Below are positions 49,691 through 63,225 of a DNA stretch of 64,000 nucleotides, in pieces. How positions within the stretch are numbered: position 1 is the stretch's first letter; each line of letters opens with the position of its first letter. A program made the translations under genes and the position numbers. Under the pieces are notes generated by a model. It was not told where the DNA came from. It was given only the letters and a program-made list of their open reading frames with translations, and searched no databases. Source of the DNA: Felis catus (lineage: Eukaryota); contig NC_058368.1 in the NCBI RefSeq assembly GCF_018350175.1, positions 36,954,001 through 37,018,000 of the forward strand. Reading direction: 5' to 3'.

Positions 49691-52600
49691 TATGTAACTC
49701 CAATCTTTTATACATTGTGTTCTACACATTGCTTTTCACTTATAATTGTGAGCATCTTTCCACATTAGTACATACAGATATGACATTTTTTTTGTTTATA
49801 AACTAATATCCCATATTATGTATAGTCTATGTTAATTTATGCATTGACCTACTGATGGATTATTCATACTTTTGAACCAGTGCTTTCTGTTGATTTAAGT
49901 ATATTTCCCCATTGTTAATTTTCTTTATAACAATTTTTTTTCTCAATTCCAAAACCAAGGTAATTATGAGCTGTATTATTTTAGTAATTTTGAAAGTTTT
50001 CTCCCCTCTTCTGCCATTAAAAATTATTGAATGCTTTGATAGTGTGGTAAATCCTCTAGTTTATTATTTTATATGAAACAAGAGACTTTATTTTATTCAC
50101 CATCTTTACTCAACATATCTCTTTAATGGGTTACTTTTATACTGTTACATCTTCATAAACCTCAGATTGAATTTCCTGACACAAGCACATGAAATATAGT
50201 AAACAGAGACCCTCCTACTGGAAGAAGGTACTTACAAGAAAATCAGAATAAGGTAGTATATTCAAGGTGCAGGTGAGGACACAATAAAGACTCAGTAGAA
50301 TCTTAGCCACTGTTGTGCCTTCTCTACTGGGAGTATGTTTTCTTAGGCACCCTCAAGGGTAGAGGTACCAGAAATACTAGGATGGTAAATGCTTTAAGGT
50401 GCCAATATCGCTTTCCTTCCTTTATTTGATTACCACCAAGGATGGGAGTTAGGGTTATCCACATTAGGTCATGGAGAGACGGAATTTTCTAATCCCAGGG
50501 CCTGATGCATGTTGCCCAAAGACAGCAGTGCACAGGATGAATTAACATGTTATTGGGGCTGTACATTATTGCCCATAATAAAAGTTTATGCTGGTAAAAA
50601 GTTCTAAGAGATGGGTCTGGAATTAGACTCACTTAGGGTCTTTAGGAACTCAGAGCTAGTCATTTATCTTGTAATACACAGGGGCTAGTGATTTAGTCAC
50701 TTGCTTTATTATTTTATTAATTTCCATGATTCTTAGGAGTGCACCAGAGATAAATGAAGGCCTTATGTCTGGGAGATGTGTCTGCCTTCTGCTCGGCTCT
50801 CATGCTGCTAATGTGGGCCATATCTCTGAAGAGTTAACAAAGATGGTGAACAGCACTGTGAGGGGCTTCCCATGCCTCTCACCAGTTTCCATCAGTTAAT
50901 TAACCAGTACTTACTGAGCACCTATCACATGCAAGGGGCAGTTTCCATCAGGCAAACCAAACATGTACAAGATGCTGTGCGGCCCTACTCTCAGTGGCTT
51001 GTAGGCGTGTAAGGTACAGACATCAAGAACTAGAACATGCATGCTGCAAGCGATAATGAGATTGTCCACGTGAGTTTATAGATATGTGCTTAGGGCTTCT
51101 AGACATGGCAGGGTTCCTGACAACTGAGCAGAACGTAAACAGTTATTAGAGGAGGTAGAATTGGTGTTGGCTTGAAGGCTGGGTCAGTTTCCTTAGGTGG
51201 AGACTGTGTTTTCTGGAACATTTACTTAAACTCCTTTCTTTTTGGTATCTATATATATTAAACCTTCCAAAGGTTTTAAAAAATTAAATGCACATTTAAG
51301 AAATTAAATTACACAGAAGTATATGCAACAAAAAGGGGAAACTGTATTCATCCCACACTTTCATAAGGAAACCATTTGCAGTTGAAAGTGTAGTCTTCTA
51401 AAAATTTCTGTATGTGTGTAAAAAAAGATGAAATCCTTTCCCCCAGCCTCTATTTCTCTCCCCTTCCTTCCCCCATCACTCCCACAATACCATGCTTTTT
51501 AGAAATAATATGCTTGAGGTTAAGAGGTGAGTTTTTAGTCTCATCTGCTCTTTAGTCCAGTTATATCTGAGAACTCAAGGAGACAAATTAGCATAGGTTT
51601 TCTCCAGGGGTTCTGCTTCTCAAAACCAACTTTTTTAGGGCCCTTGACTTTTCACCTAAACTAACTTTACCCAACTAGTGTGGACCACCTTCTTGCTCTG
51701 TGGATATTCTGAAGAATCTGCTTAGGCAGAAAACCATGACAATAAATCCTGGCTAAGCTTGAACCGGGCACATAGAATAAAGTTAACAACTGACCCCATT
51801 AGCTGGTGATGAGGTAAATCAAAGTCTCTCCCCCATTTCACCAGACAGTTACACCATTTCTAAAGAAGCATAGCAAGGAAAGAAGGGAGACAGTGGAAGA
51901 AGCGTTTACTCCTGTATTGCTCCCTCGAGGATGGAAAGAAGCTTCCTGTCTTCTGTGTGGATATAGGAAGAGAATAGAGAATGAGGGTTTCACCATAACC
52001 CTGCATGGGGAGGACAAGTGAAGGCAGCTGGCCAATGAACTGTTCCCTCCCTTCTCTTGGGGATGTGGTCGAACCCACTTGTCAGCTGGACCTCCAGGTG
52101 AATAGACTGATGATATTTACTAGGAGGAAGAGGCTTTATCTAGAGAATGCTCCCCCTGGGATATCTCTAGCTGAAGGATTTCTTAGAGTTAATAAATCCA
52201 GAATGCTTGGGTTTATAAGACATTGCTCCCTGGAGAATATCATCTAAACTATGAAACTGTCTTGAGAGTAAAGTAGAGATGTTTCATAATTTAAATGTGC
52301 TCAACAGAGAGATAATAACCCACAAATTCCATCTTAGAGGATTCATTCTTCTGGTCCAGAGAGCATGTGTTCAATGTGGTAGAGAAGGACATAAAGGGTC
52401 ATGAGGTATGTCTCAGACTTCAGTATGCTTTTTTCACTTGTGTATTTTTGAAGTTGACAGTAAAGCTTGACACTAGGAAATAGTTTTGATTCTTATTGGT
52501 CTGGTTTGCCAGTTTTATCCTGCATACCTCACCTGTTCATATACTTCTGCAACTTTTCCTCCTTCACAAAACAGTACACAGTCACGCTACTTACATGTGT

Positions 52601-53079
52601 AGACCTGTATCATGAGTCTTGCTGGAGAACTTCTTAGACATGCAGAATGTCAGAGATCCGGAAGCCTAAGCTGAAGTATAGCGGGAGTCCCAGGTGCTTT
52701 GTATGCACACCAAAGTAGAAGAAGCGTTGGCACAGTGAGTCTCACCCTCCAGCTATTGTTCAGTGTTTGGTGGCAAAACTTCTTGACAGTATCACTTATA
52801 CTATCGGTATCTAACCACTTCTTTATCTTCCATTTTCTCTCCAGCACAGTACAATCTGGATGTGGTTTCTTCTTGTAAAAGTCACATAGCTCAAATTTTT
52901 AGCATAATTTGGCCCAATTGAGTGTCTTTTTTTATATATCACTTTCTTCTCTTGTTTGTGTGTGTGTGTGTGTGTGTGTGTGCCATTTCATTTGTCTGCT
53001 TCCCCTCCTACTTTTTTGTCTTCTTTCTCTCGCCTTTTTATCTGCAAGGTACACAGATATTGCAGTATCTCTAGGATTA

Positions 53080-54128
53080 GGCTTGGATCCTCTTTTCTAT
53101 TTTCCCTCTGTATCTCTGTGATTTCATTTTTCTGTATAGCTTTTTAAACCACTTAAATATTGATTTTTTTCCAAATCCATATCTCTAGCCTAAACCTTTC
53201 CTCTGAACTCCAGATAATTTTTTCAGCTGTCAAATTTGACATATCCCCTTGAATTTCTAAGTGGCTCCTCAGGCTGGCACACCCAAAATGAATCTCATCA
53301 CCCCCACAACATCCTTTTAGGCCATTGTCCCTTCTCCCAGTTTCTTGGCAACAATAGCATCCATCCAGTTAGTTGCTCATTGTATCACTGAAAGCCCCTC
53401 CACCTGACATCCTACATTCATTCCACTCACATGTTTAGTCAATTACACTTCCAAAATATATCTCACATCTGTCTACTTTTCTCCATTAGCTCAGCCACCA
53501 TATCTCTCACAAGAGAACCACAAGAAGCTTCCTAAGCAGTTTCCCTGATTCCAGAACAATAGTTAAATTACCTGCCCAGTTGTCATGGCAATATTCTAAA
53601 AATGTAAATTGGATGTGTCACTCTCCTGCTAATAATTCATCAGAGGCTTCACTTTGAACAAAATCCAGACTCCTTTCATGCTTTACAAGATTCTACATGA
53701 CTGGCCTCTACTTGCCTCTCAGACGCCATGTTCTACTAATTCCCTGGATCATTAACCTCCAACTTCCCAGGGCCTGCTCTGTTCTCCAGGAACACCCAAT
53801 TTTTCCCCTATCCCAAGGCCTTTGAGTTTCTTCTTCCTTCTTGCAGGGAATGTTTCCTACTCTATCCACTAACACACACACACACACACACACATACACA
53901 CAATCACGGACACAGACACCTATCTATATAAACATATCTATATATGTATATATGTACATGTACACAGACACATACAGCAATATAGACATACATATACACA
54001 CAAACTCATATACACACACACAAGCATGCACACCTCCACCCCGAAACCCCCACCCCCCGTCAGCTTCTTACTCTTCAGGTCTCATTTCCAATGTCAAATC
54101 CCTAGAGATGTTATTTTTGACGGCCTAG
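53080..54128 (+). mobile_element. L2 fragment containing CA/TA-rich simple repeats (53871-54035)
   Basis: 'tctctagcctaaacctttcctctgaactccaga', 'tgtcactctcctgct' and 'aaaatccagactcct'. Confidence 0.8.
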
Positions 54129-54129
54129 T

Positions 54130-57100
54130 TCTAACAATTTTTCAGTTGATTTGCTTAGCTTTTCTAGGGAGAAAATGATTCATCAACAAATAAGGACAAT
54201 AAAATCTTTCTTCCAATATTCATATTGCATTTCAGTTTTAAAAATCCAAATCCTCCAGCTGAGATCTCCAGAAAAATATTGAGTAATGGTAGTGATAATA
54301 TATCTCTGTTCCTGATTTTAAAGAAAATGTCTCTTCTGTTTTTGCAAAATATGGTATTTTGATATTGCTTTCTGACAGATACACTTTCTCAAAGACGAGA
54401 AAGTTTTTTTTTAGTGCTGTTTTACTAAGAGTTGTATTTGGAATAAAAATTGAGTTTTATTAAACACTTTCTAGACATTTGTGCAGGTTATGATAAAGTT
54501 TCCCCCTTTCAAATTTTTTCTTCTAATTTTAGAACATTTTTACGTTCTTGAAGTGTACTCTAGCTTCTGTTGGTAATATTTTCTTTAGGGTTTTTTATCT
54601 ATAATTATTAGTGAGATTAAATTTCATTACTACTAACACTTCTATTGCTACTGCTGCTACCATTGCTATCCTCTTATAGTTGAGATTCTGACAATTTTGT
54701 GGACTTAAAGGGGAATCCTTCCAATTTTCACCATATGCTGAAGCAGATTAATTCCTCTATTCCTTGAGATGTCTTGGAACCCATTTGGAATTTTTTTGCA
54801 GTGGGTTTTTAGCTATCTTTAATTTCTTCTATTGTTATCCATATAGTAAAATCTTTCATTTCTTTGTGTCAATATTGATCATTTTTTCCTGAAGATTATC
54901 CACTATCTCTGTATTTCCTCATTTACTGAAATAAAGTTGTATAGAGAATTTTTCTAAAATATGTTGTGCTCCTTTGTATCTATGGTTATTTTCCCATATT
55001 CTTCCCTACTGTCTGTTCTGTTGTATTTTCCCACTAATTTTCTTTATCATACTCTCCAGAGTGTTGCAGTTTTTATTGGTCTTTTTAGAGAACTTGCTTT
55101 TGGTTTTATTGAGTCACTTGGTTTTGTTGTTCTCTATTTTATTAATTTCTAATTTTATCTCAATTCCTTCATGCATTTGTTTCCTTTATGTTTATTCTAC
55201 TGTTCTTTAACTTTTATGGGTTGAATTTGCACTTCATTTATATTCATTCATGTATTCTGACAAACAAAATGCTATAACATTTACATTGGGCATTCTTTTG
55301 GCTGAATCCTGTAACTTTTGTTATGAGGTATTCTTATTATTCTTTTTGAATGGTCTATAATTTCAATTTTTGGTAGGGAAACACTTCGTTGCTGCTACAT
55401 CATCAAATTTATTGAGTTACTTATTCTCCAAGTTCATATTTGTCAATTTGCCTTAAGCCCCAGGATATATTCCATTTCTTAAATAGAAAACTTCTTAAAT
55501 AGAAAACTTCTTTCCTGTGGTCTGGGGAGAGGACATAGCTCCCAGTCACTGGGCAAGAGTACCTTGTGCAGGACATCGTTCACGAGTTATCTATAACTTA
55601 ACTCTTTTTTCTGTTCTCAAATCCTGCTGACTCTGATTCCCCACCCTCCATTATCTTTTAGGGAAATTACTACTCATTTCATTATCCACATTGGGTTGTG
55701 AGAGCCTCAAATCTTTATTCTACCATCTGCTTTAGATGTTTTAGAACTTTGGCAATGTTTCTATTTTATTTACTTACATTTCCCAGTTTATAATAACTGT
55801 CCTCCTTACTCTCCCATTCTCTATTTCTGTGTCCTCTTTCTGTCTTTCAGCTAAAGGGGACTTCTCCTTTTGCATTTTTTTTCCTTGACTAAATTTTATT
55901 TGAAAATATTGAAAACTATGAATAGTGAAAATTACCTATGAAAAAGAAGTAAAACTATCCATTCTACGTTTCCAAGCCAACTTTCTGAAAGCGATCACTA
56001 CTAATATATTGGTGAGAATCTTTTCCAAATTTTCCTTGTATGTATTGGCATAGATGTATATATGAATAGCTTAATGTGGGACTTTTTTTTTTTCCGAAAT
56101 GCACACCTGGTGGTTTGCTCTTCTTACTTAATCAGTAATGCTGTGCTTTTACTTCTAATTTCATCTTTCTTTTGTCATTTGGAAATTGTGCAGCAGGCAA
56201 AAATAACAACCATGAGCTCACTCACTACAAGAAACTCTCCTCACTTCCCTCCAGGCTATTTTTGTCTTTGATTAAATGAAAACATTTTCCAAGACCTTCC
56301 AGGAGTTGGTAAATACAGTCACACAAAATCTACAAAACAAACAAACAAAAAAAACCCCAAACAGCTTTCAACCTGAAAATGAAACATAGCTTGTATGTAA
56401 TTAAGAGTAAAGAGCTAAAGGCAAAGGACTTTTTATCATCCCTCAAATCTAAAGAAGAACAGTTGTGTTACACATGCCTGGGAATTCTTTAAAGTGAGAT
56501 TTCAGAAAATGACAAATACTCTGATTATTTTATCTTGTGATGAATCTTTCCTTAGAGAAATCTGTCAAACTTTCGTAGTGAAAAGTTAATTTAAGAGTTT
56601 TCACTTAATTGCATAAATGAGATTGACTTACAATTTTGTTTCCAAATTTTTGTCTTGTTTTTGTCTTAACTAGGAATCAGGGTTTAAATGACCCACTAAA
56701 TGAAATAAGGTTTTTATTTTTCCAGTTTCTAGAATATTTACTGAAGTTTATGCATTCTTTTTTGCTTTAGATTTAGAGGTTGTTAAAAGTCAACTATAAA
56801 GCCATCTGGCCTCAGCAATTTTGTGGGGGTAGGGGATTTCTGACTTGGATGGCCACTTATTATTAAATGACACTTACCTGATTTGGCCTTTTATATTCAT
56901 TGTTCTTTTCATTTACATTTTCAAATTTTATTATAAAATTCTTTAAAGTACTTAATTTTTAAAAAATCTCTACTATGTCTGTAGTCTGTGCTTTTTTTCA
57001 TTGCTAATATTGTTTATCCTTGGCTTTCCTCGTAATCAGTCTTGCCTAAAGCTTATTATGTTTTATTAATTCTTGCAGAGAAAAAACTTATTTCCTCATT

Positions 57101-58000
57101 AATCTTTATTTGCTTTAAATTTATCGCTTTTTTTTTTAGTTTTCAAATCAAATCATTGGATATATCCTTTTATTTTTTTATTTTTTTTTTAATTTTTTTT
57201 TCAACGTTTATTTATTTTTGGGACAGAGAGAGACAGAGCATGAACGGGGGAGGGGCAGAGAGAGAGAGGGAGACACAGAATCGGAAACAGGCTCCAGGCT
57301 CCATCAGCCCAGAGCCTGACGCGGGGCTCGAACTCCCGGACCACGAGATCGTGACCTGGCTGAAGTCAGACGCTTAACCGACTGCGCCACCCAGGCGCCC
57401 CGGATATATCCTTTTAAATATTAAAAACTTATTTGGGTGATAACTTTTACTCCTTAGCCATAGTCCATCTTTTAATACATAATTATCCTTGTGATTATTG
57501 GTCAGACCTGTACTTTTAATTTTCACTTCTAAATGAAGTGAAAAGATAGGTATCTTTTAGCTATAATTTTGTTATTTACTTTTAATTGTATTGCATTGTG
57601 ATCAGAGAATGTGGAATTTGTTGAGACTAACTGTGGCCTAATTAACACATGGACCATTTTTTAAAAATATCCTCATACATATTTCAAAAGAATGTGTATT
57701 CTCTTTATTGATTACAATTTTCCTGGCTATTAAATTGACCTCTTGTCCCCCCCCCCCTTTTTCTATTGAAATATAATTGAAATAACATTGAATTAGTTTG
57801 GGGTATACAACATAATGATTTAATATATGTACATAGTGTCATGTTTTTAAAAAAATATTCTTTAATATTCTTATTTAATTTTTATTTTTATGATCTATAA
57901 ATTTCAAATTCTCCCATGATCTAAATTTCTTCTTCTATGTATGTTTTAGCTTTCTATATGTAATACAATGTTATGATTTAAGTGTTGATTAGGCACAAAA
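54130..58000 (-). mobile_element. Patchwork of old minus-strand L1 fragments
   Basis: Antisense ORF2 phrases 'tgttcctgattttaaagaaaatg', 'aaagccatctggcct' and 'ttgcattgtgatcagagaatgtgg'; gaps of other sequence. Confidence 0.6.
57173..57401 (-). mobile_element. Can-SINE, young felid subfamily
   Basis: TSD ggatatatcctttta at 57158-57172 and 57402-57416. Confidence 0.97.
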
Positions 58001-59139
58001 ATACTTATAAAATTTCAATTCTAAATTACAATATAAGGATTTTGAAAGAATTTCAGAATCTGTCTTAGGATTTTTGAGCCTCCTTATCCACTTCTAAGAT
58101 CTAAGAGGACTGAGAAAGTGGAGAAGAGGAGATTTTATGAGCAGATCCCTTTGGAGAAAGCTCAGAGTACTCTCCTACCTCTGATGGTGCTGTTGGGGTT
58201 TGGGTGGGGAGTTTCTTGTCCTTTTATGTCAGAGCTGGTGAGGGCTTCCAGTGGCCGCACTCAGTAATTTTGAATCGTGTTCTCAACTGGTGAGTGATAG
58301 TCAAGACAGATGCCTGAGGAAGCTCAAGCAAACTGTTGTGCTGAGATCTGCCCTCTGTCCAGAATATGTGAAGGGCAGGAGGATGATGTCTAGCTGCCCT
58401 GTTGGGAGCAAGACCAGGAGAGTGGTATCATGTATAGGATTGGCCAGCTCTCCCAAAGGATGCAGGAGAGGTTATTGAGGACCAATGTGGCATGATGAAA
58501 AAAAGGCTGAGTTAGAGAGGAGGATGTTCATCAGGTCCAGTAAACTGAATGGAAGTGAGGTAAAGTACCAGACACCTAGAAGCTGGGAGAATATAAAGTA
58601 GCCAAGTGACAACTTTTCCATGCCTTTAACTCACTTCTTTCCCTAGACCTCCACCGCCTTTGTTAGAAGCAACAGTAGCTACTAGAAAAAGAGGGAAAAA
58701 TGGAACAAAATCAGGATGAATGGCAGTAAACAGAACAGATTAGACAATGTTAAAATAATTATTTGTAAAGCCATGTAGTAGAAAGAGTAGTAATAATCTA
58801 GAGAAATTTCAGAGGTAAGAAGAGGAAGATCAATATGAAGGAAGAAAGAGGAGAAAAAAAGAGCTAATATTGATTAAAACCCAGTTCATTACACATACCA
58901 AATATTGTTGTACCCATATTCCTTCATTTAATTGTCAGTTTTGCTATCCCCATTATTATAGATAGAAAACTGAAGCTTATGGACTTTGGAAACAGAAAGT
59001 TGTCCAGGGCTAACGACAGCAATTTTTTGTGAATATCCCAAAGGATGTACATGGTAGAAAAGAAAAAAAAATTGCAAGAGATTGAGTAAGGGGATTTATA
59101 AATATACACCAAGTAAGTTTCAAAAGTGGACTGGAAAGG

Positions 59140-60040
59140 AGCTGTTCTATTTTTGTTTTTATTCTTATTTTATCAAAAATATAGAATTGAGTTAACTGTG
59201 TTCCTCAGTCATGATACTCTAGGATTTCCTTTCTCAATTCTCCATGTATAATCTATTTTATGTTTTATCTTTGGCTTTCATGCCCATCTTCCTTCACACC
59301 TTCCTTCCCATAGACATCACTGTTAAGCTTTCAGTTAGCCTTTCCCGTTCCCCTTTCACACAATCATTTAAATTGGTGTCTAGCCGTGTAAATTTTGTAG
59401 TATTAAGTGTGTTTTAAAAATAAGTTAATGATGTCATGCTATAAATCTCATTCTGTTTCTTGCAGTTTTTAATCAAGACTAATTTTAGAGCTCTATCCAC
59501 ATTGCTCTAGAAATACCTCACTCAGTCCTTCCGGCTGGTAGTTTAAACCTTCAACAGGTTTTTGTCTCCATTTGACAAGTGATGGATATCTAGGCTGCTT
59601 TACTTCCGTGAACCCATTCTTTGCTAGTCCTTGAATATGTTTTCTCGTGTATCTGTGAATCTTTATCCAATACTAGAATTGATGATTGGTCATAGGTCAC
59701 ACTGTATACACATACTAGAATTTTATAAAATACTTTCAGATTTCTCTCTATAATGGCTGTTATAGTTTATCATCTCACTCCTAGATCATGAGGGGTCCAC
59801 TTTCCTTACATCCTCACCTGCTCTTGCTGCTACCTGAATTTCTAATTTTTTTAATCTGATGAAAATAGTGTGTTTTATTTTAGTTGACATTCCTTAATTA
59901 CCAATAAGATTGAACATTTGTTGTTATATTGTCATTTCCTTTTATGATATTTGCCTAATTACATTTTTATTCATTTTTCTACTGACTTGCTTGTCTTTTT
60001 CTTATTAATTGTTAGAAATTCCTTGTGGTTTCAGATGTTT
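59140..60040 (-). mobile_element. Old L1ME-like 3' fragment
   Basis: 'gatggatatctaggctg', 'agtttatcatctcac' and 'tccactttccttacatcctcacc'. Confidence 0.65.
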
Positions 60041-60934
60041 ATCAGAGGATATAAAATTTAATGATGAGCTTCCAAATGTCTCCTCCAGATAACTTCAAAA
60101 TGACATGAGCAACTGCCTAATTTATTTTGTTCAAATATAATATTATTAAACATTTCATTTTTCTGTATATTCTCTGAAGTTTCCCTTTAGCTCATAGTAC
60201 TCGATGATGGAGTTTAACCTCGTCTTGGATAACTTTTCCCAGATATTCCATGGAACATATTTTTGGGGGGGGTACACTCTAGACTTAGCACTGAAAATCC
60301 AGCCGCTGGGTGTCCATATTTTTGAAATTGTCCTTTCCAAGGTCATTAACACAAAAAGAAAATGCGAAAAAGGAGAATCCACTTTGCCACAAGTTTTTGT
60401 CTTATATTACTTTCCCCAATATCCTGTTAGAACAGTCCTACCATGCAAATTCCAATCCTCTATTCTACCTTTTGCTAATTAATGCACTTTCACTAGAGTT
60501 TCCCAAAGCTGTTTTTAGTGTATTTTCCTAAGCATACTAGGTTCAACCTCTCTCTAGCATTGCTGTTACATGTGAAGTATGTGGCCTCTTGGCTCCCTGT
60601 TGGTAACTAGAAGTCACTGTATTTCCAATCTGGCTGCTTTGAAGGCATGCATTTTATAGCTAGAGTTCCAGGAAACCTCTTTGGAGGACTTGACGTGTGT
60701 GGTTTGCTCTCTTCTTCCATAGATGATTTGCAAAAGCCCAATATGGAGATTCTAGTTCTTGTGATGGTTCAGCAGAATGAACAATTAAGCTCAGAATTTC
60801 AGTTATTTCGAATTTATTTCTAGTAAATTTGAAGATGTGATCTTTTCATGGTATCGCTTACTTTGTTTGGGTTTTATATCCTGTACTCTACATCTTAATG
60901 CCTCATAAAATGTCTGTAATGCATTAAAATTCTT

Positions 60935-61146
60935 GGGGCACCTGGGTGGCTCAGTCGGTTAAGTGTTCGACTTCAGTTCAGGTCATGCTGACTGCTCATA
61001 AGTTCATGCCCCACATCAGGTTCTGTGCTAACAGCTCAGAGCCTGGAGCCCGTTTCTAATTCTGTGTCTCCCTCTCTCTCTGACCCTCTCCGGTCACACT
61101 CTTTCTCTCTCTCTCCCAAAAATTAATAAACATTAAAAAAATTGAC
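60935..61146 (+). mobile_element. Can-SINE
   Basis: TSD aatg(c/t)attaaaattct. Confidence 0.94.
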
Positions 61147-61929
61147 AATGTATTAAAATTCTAGACAATAGAAATTATCTTTTAGTGACTCATTTATTTG
61201 TGTATGTTATACGAAATATCTCTCATATATTGTACCACGTCATATATCAAATGAACCATATGCAATTGATGCTTTGGGTCAAATATGTTCAGATATAAGC
61301 AGTTCTATTCCATATGGGTCCATCTAATATCTAATATTAAATTCACTATATTTGAGAATATATTTGAGTGTGCTAGAGGACTCGAATGCCTTACCTGTGT
61401 CCAGTTAGTAAATAGTGAACAAGCACTTGCTTGATACCAGATTTCTGATTCAAGTGTGCAACAGGAGCACCTCAGCACAACTATAGTTAGAATTAATTAG
61501 TATAATTATTTAAGACAGTCTAAACTTCATTTGTAACTACAAGCATGGGATGTTGAGGTGCTTAGCTAGTCATAATTATTAATTTATGCTATTTTAAGAT
61601 AAATAATATATGATATATTGAAAGAGACAAACTAAATACAACTAACTCTTTAATTTAGAATTTATACTTAAATTATACTCTTCTTTTGAAGAACCTTTTC
61701 CAATAAAGATAACTGAGTTTTAATTACTATTTGTAAAAGGTCCATATCAATGTCTGGTATTCTAGATATAAGGCGGCACAATTGGAGGATTAATTCTGAG
61801 TTAATGAGCTCATTTTCTTCTCCTAACTTGCAGAAAGAGCAATAAATAACAGCTCTATAATGGAAATTGGGAAACTCTATTGCCCATTCAATTTGAGAAT
61901 TGCAAGGGAGTTTCAAAGACTATCTAGGT

Positions 61930-63225
61930 CAGTTTTACCACAGCTTTCACTATGTCCCAAATGTTTTGGACATTTTCATTTGTCTCCATATATTTCTTTT
62001 CATTTCTTCGTTGATTTCTTCATTGATCTATTGGTGGTTTACTAGCAAGTTGTTTAGCCTCCACACATTTCTGTTTTTTCTATTTTTGTTTTTCTTCTTT
62101 TCTTGTGATTGATTTCTAGTTTTATATCATTGTGGTTGTAAAAGATGCAGGTATGATTTCAATCCTTTTAAATCCATGACTTACTTTATGGGCTAACATC
62201 TGATATTCCAGGAGAATATTCCATATGCACTTGAAAATAGTGTATATTCTGTTGGTTTTGGATAGAATGTTCTGTATATATCTGTTATGTCCATCTGGTC
62301 TATGTGTCATTCAAAGACTGTTTCCTTATTATTTTTCTGCCCAGACAATCTATCCATTGATGTAAGTAAGGTGTTAAAGTACCCTACTATTCTTGAATTA
62401 CCATCACATTTCTCCCTTCATATTTATTAATATTAGCTTTATGTATTTAGGTGCATTCTAGTTGGGTCCACAGATATTTACAATTGTTGTATCCTCTTGT
62501 GGATTGATCCCTTTATCATTATGTAATGCCCCTCTATGTTTCTTGTTACAGTCTTTGTTTTAAGTCTATTTTGTCTGAATTAGTACTGCTACCCCAGCTT
62601 TATTATTTTTTTCACTTCCTTTTACATAATAAATGTTTTCCCAGTATCTTCACTTTTAGTCTGTATGTGTCCTTAGGTATTAGGTGAGTCTCTTGTAGGG
62701 AACCTATAGATGGGTCTTGTTTTATTTTTTTAATCCATTCTGCTACCTTATGTCTTTTGATTGGAGCATTTATCCATTTACATTTAAAGTAATTATTGAT
62801 AAGTTTGTGCTTATTGCTATTTTGTTTTCTGATTGTTTTTGTAGTTCTTCTCTATTCCTTTCTTCTCTTGTGCTCTTTGTGATTGGTGAGTTTCTGTAGT
62901 GTTATGTTTGACTTCCTTTTTATTTTTTGTGTATCTAATACAGGTTTTTGACTTTGTGGTCACCATCAGGTTCATATATAACATCCTAAGGATACAGCAA
63001 TTTACTTTAAATTGATGGTCATTTAAGTTCAAACACATTCTAAAAAAGCTTTTTTCTAACTCTCTTGTCCACATTTTATGTATATGCTATCATATTTTGC
63101 ATCTTTTGATTCATAATTGTTTTATGTTAATTATGGCCTTTCTTTTCCACTTAAAGAAGTCCCTTTTTTGGTGTGTACCTTGGAGGAGTTGAGTTTAGGG
63201 TCTTCCTATGTTGTTGTCTTGGACC
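61930..63225 (-). mobile_element. Rearranged L1: 5' terminus, ORF1 stop region, long spacer and ORF2 endonuclease region
   Basis: 61930-62820 is colinear with 23340-24230 of the large L1 in this window; 63170-63222 resembles an L1 5' end. Confidence 0.85.

Noticed and set aside
58050..58910. Purine-rich block (and 50200-50600, 51500-52250) as possible ancient LTRs
   Set aside because: I could not assign a family or termini, so they are left unannotated.
60155..60531. Overlapping ORFs as a possible endogenous viral or transposase fragment
   Set aside because: No motif I can recognise; a tblastx/Dfam search would be needed to revisit it.
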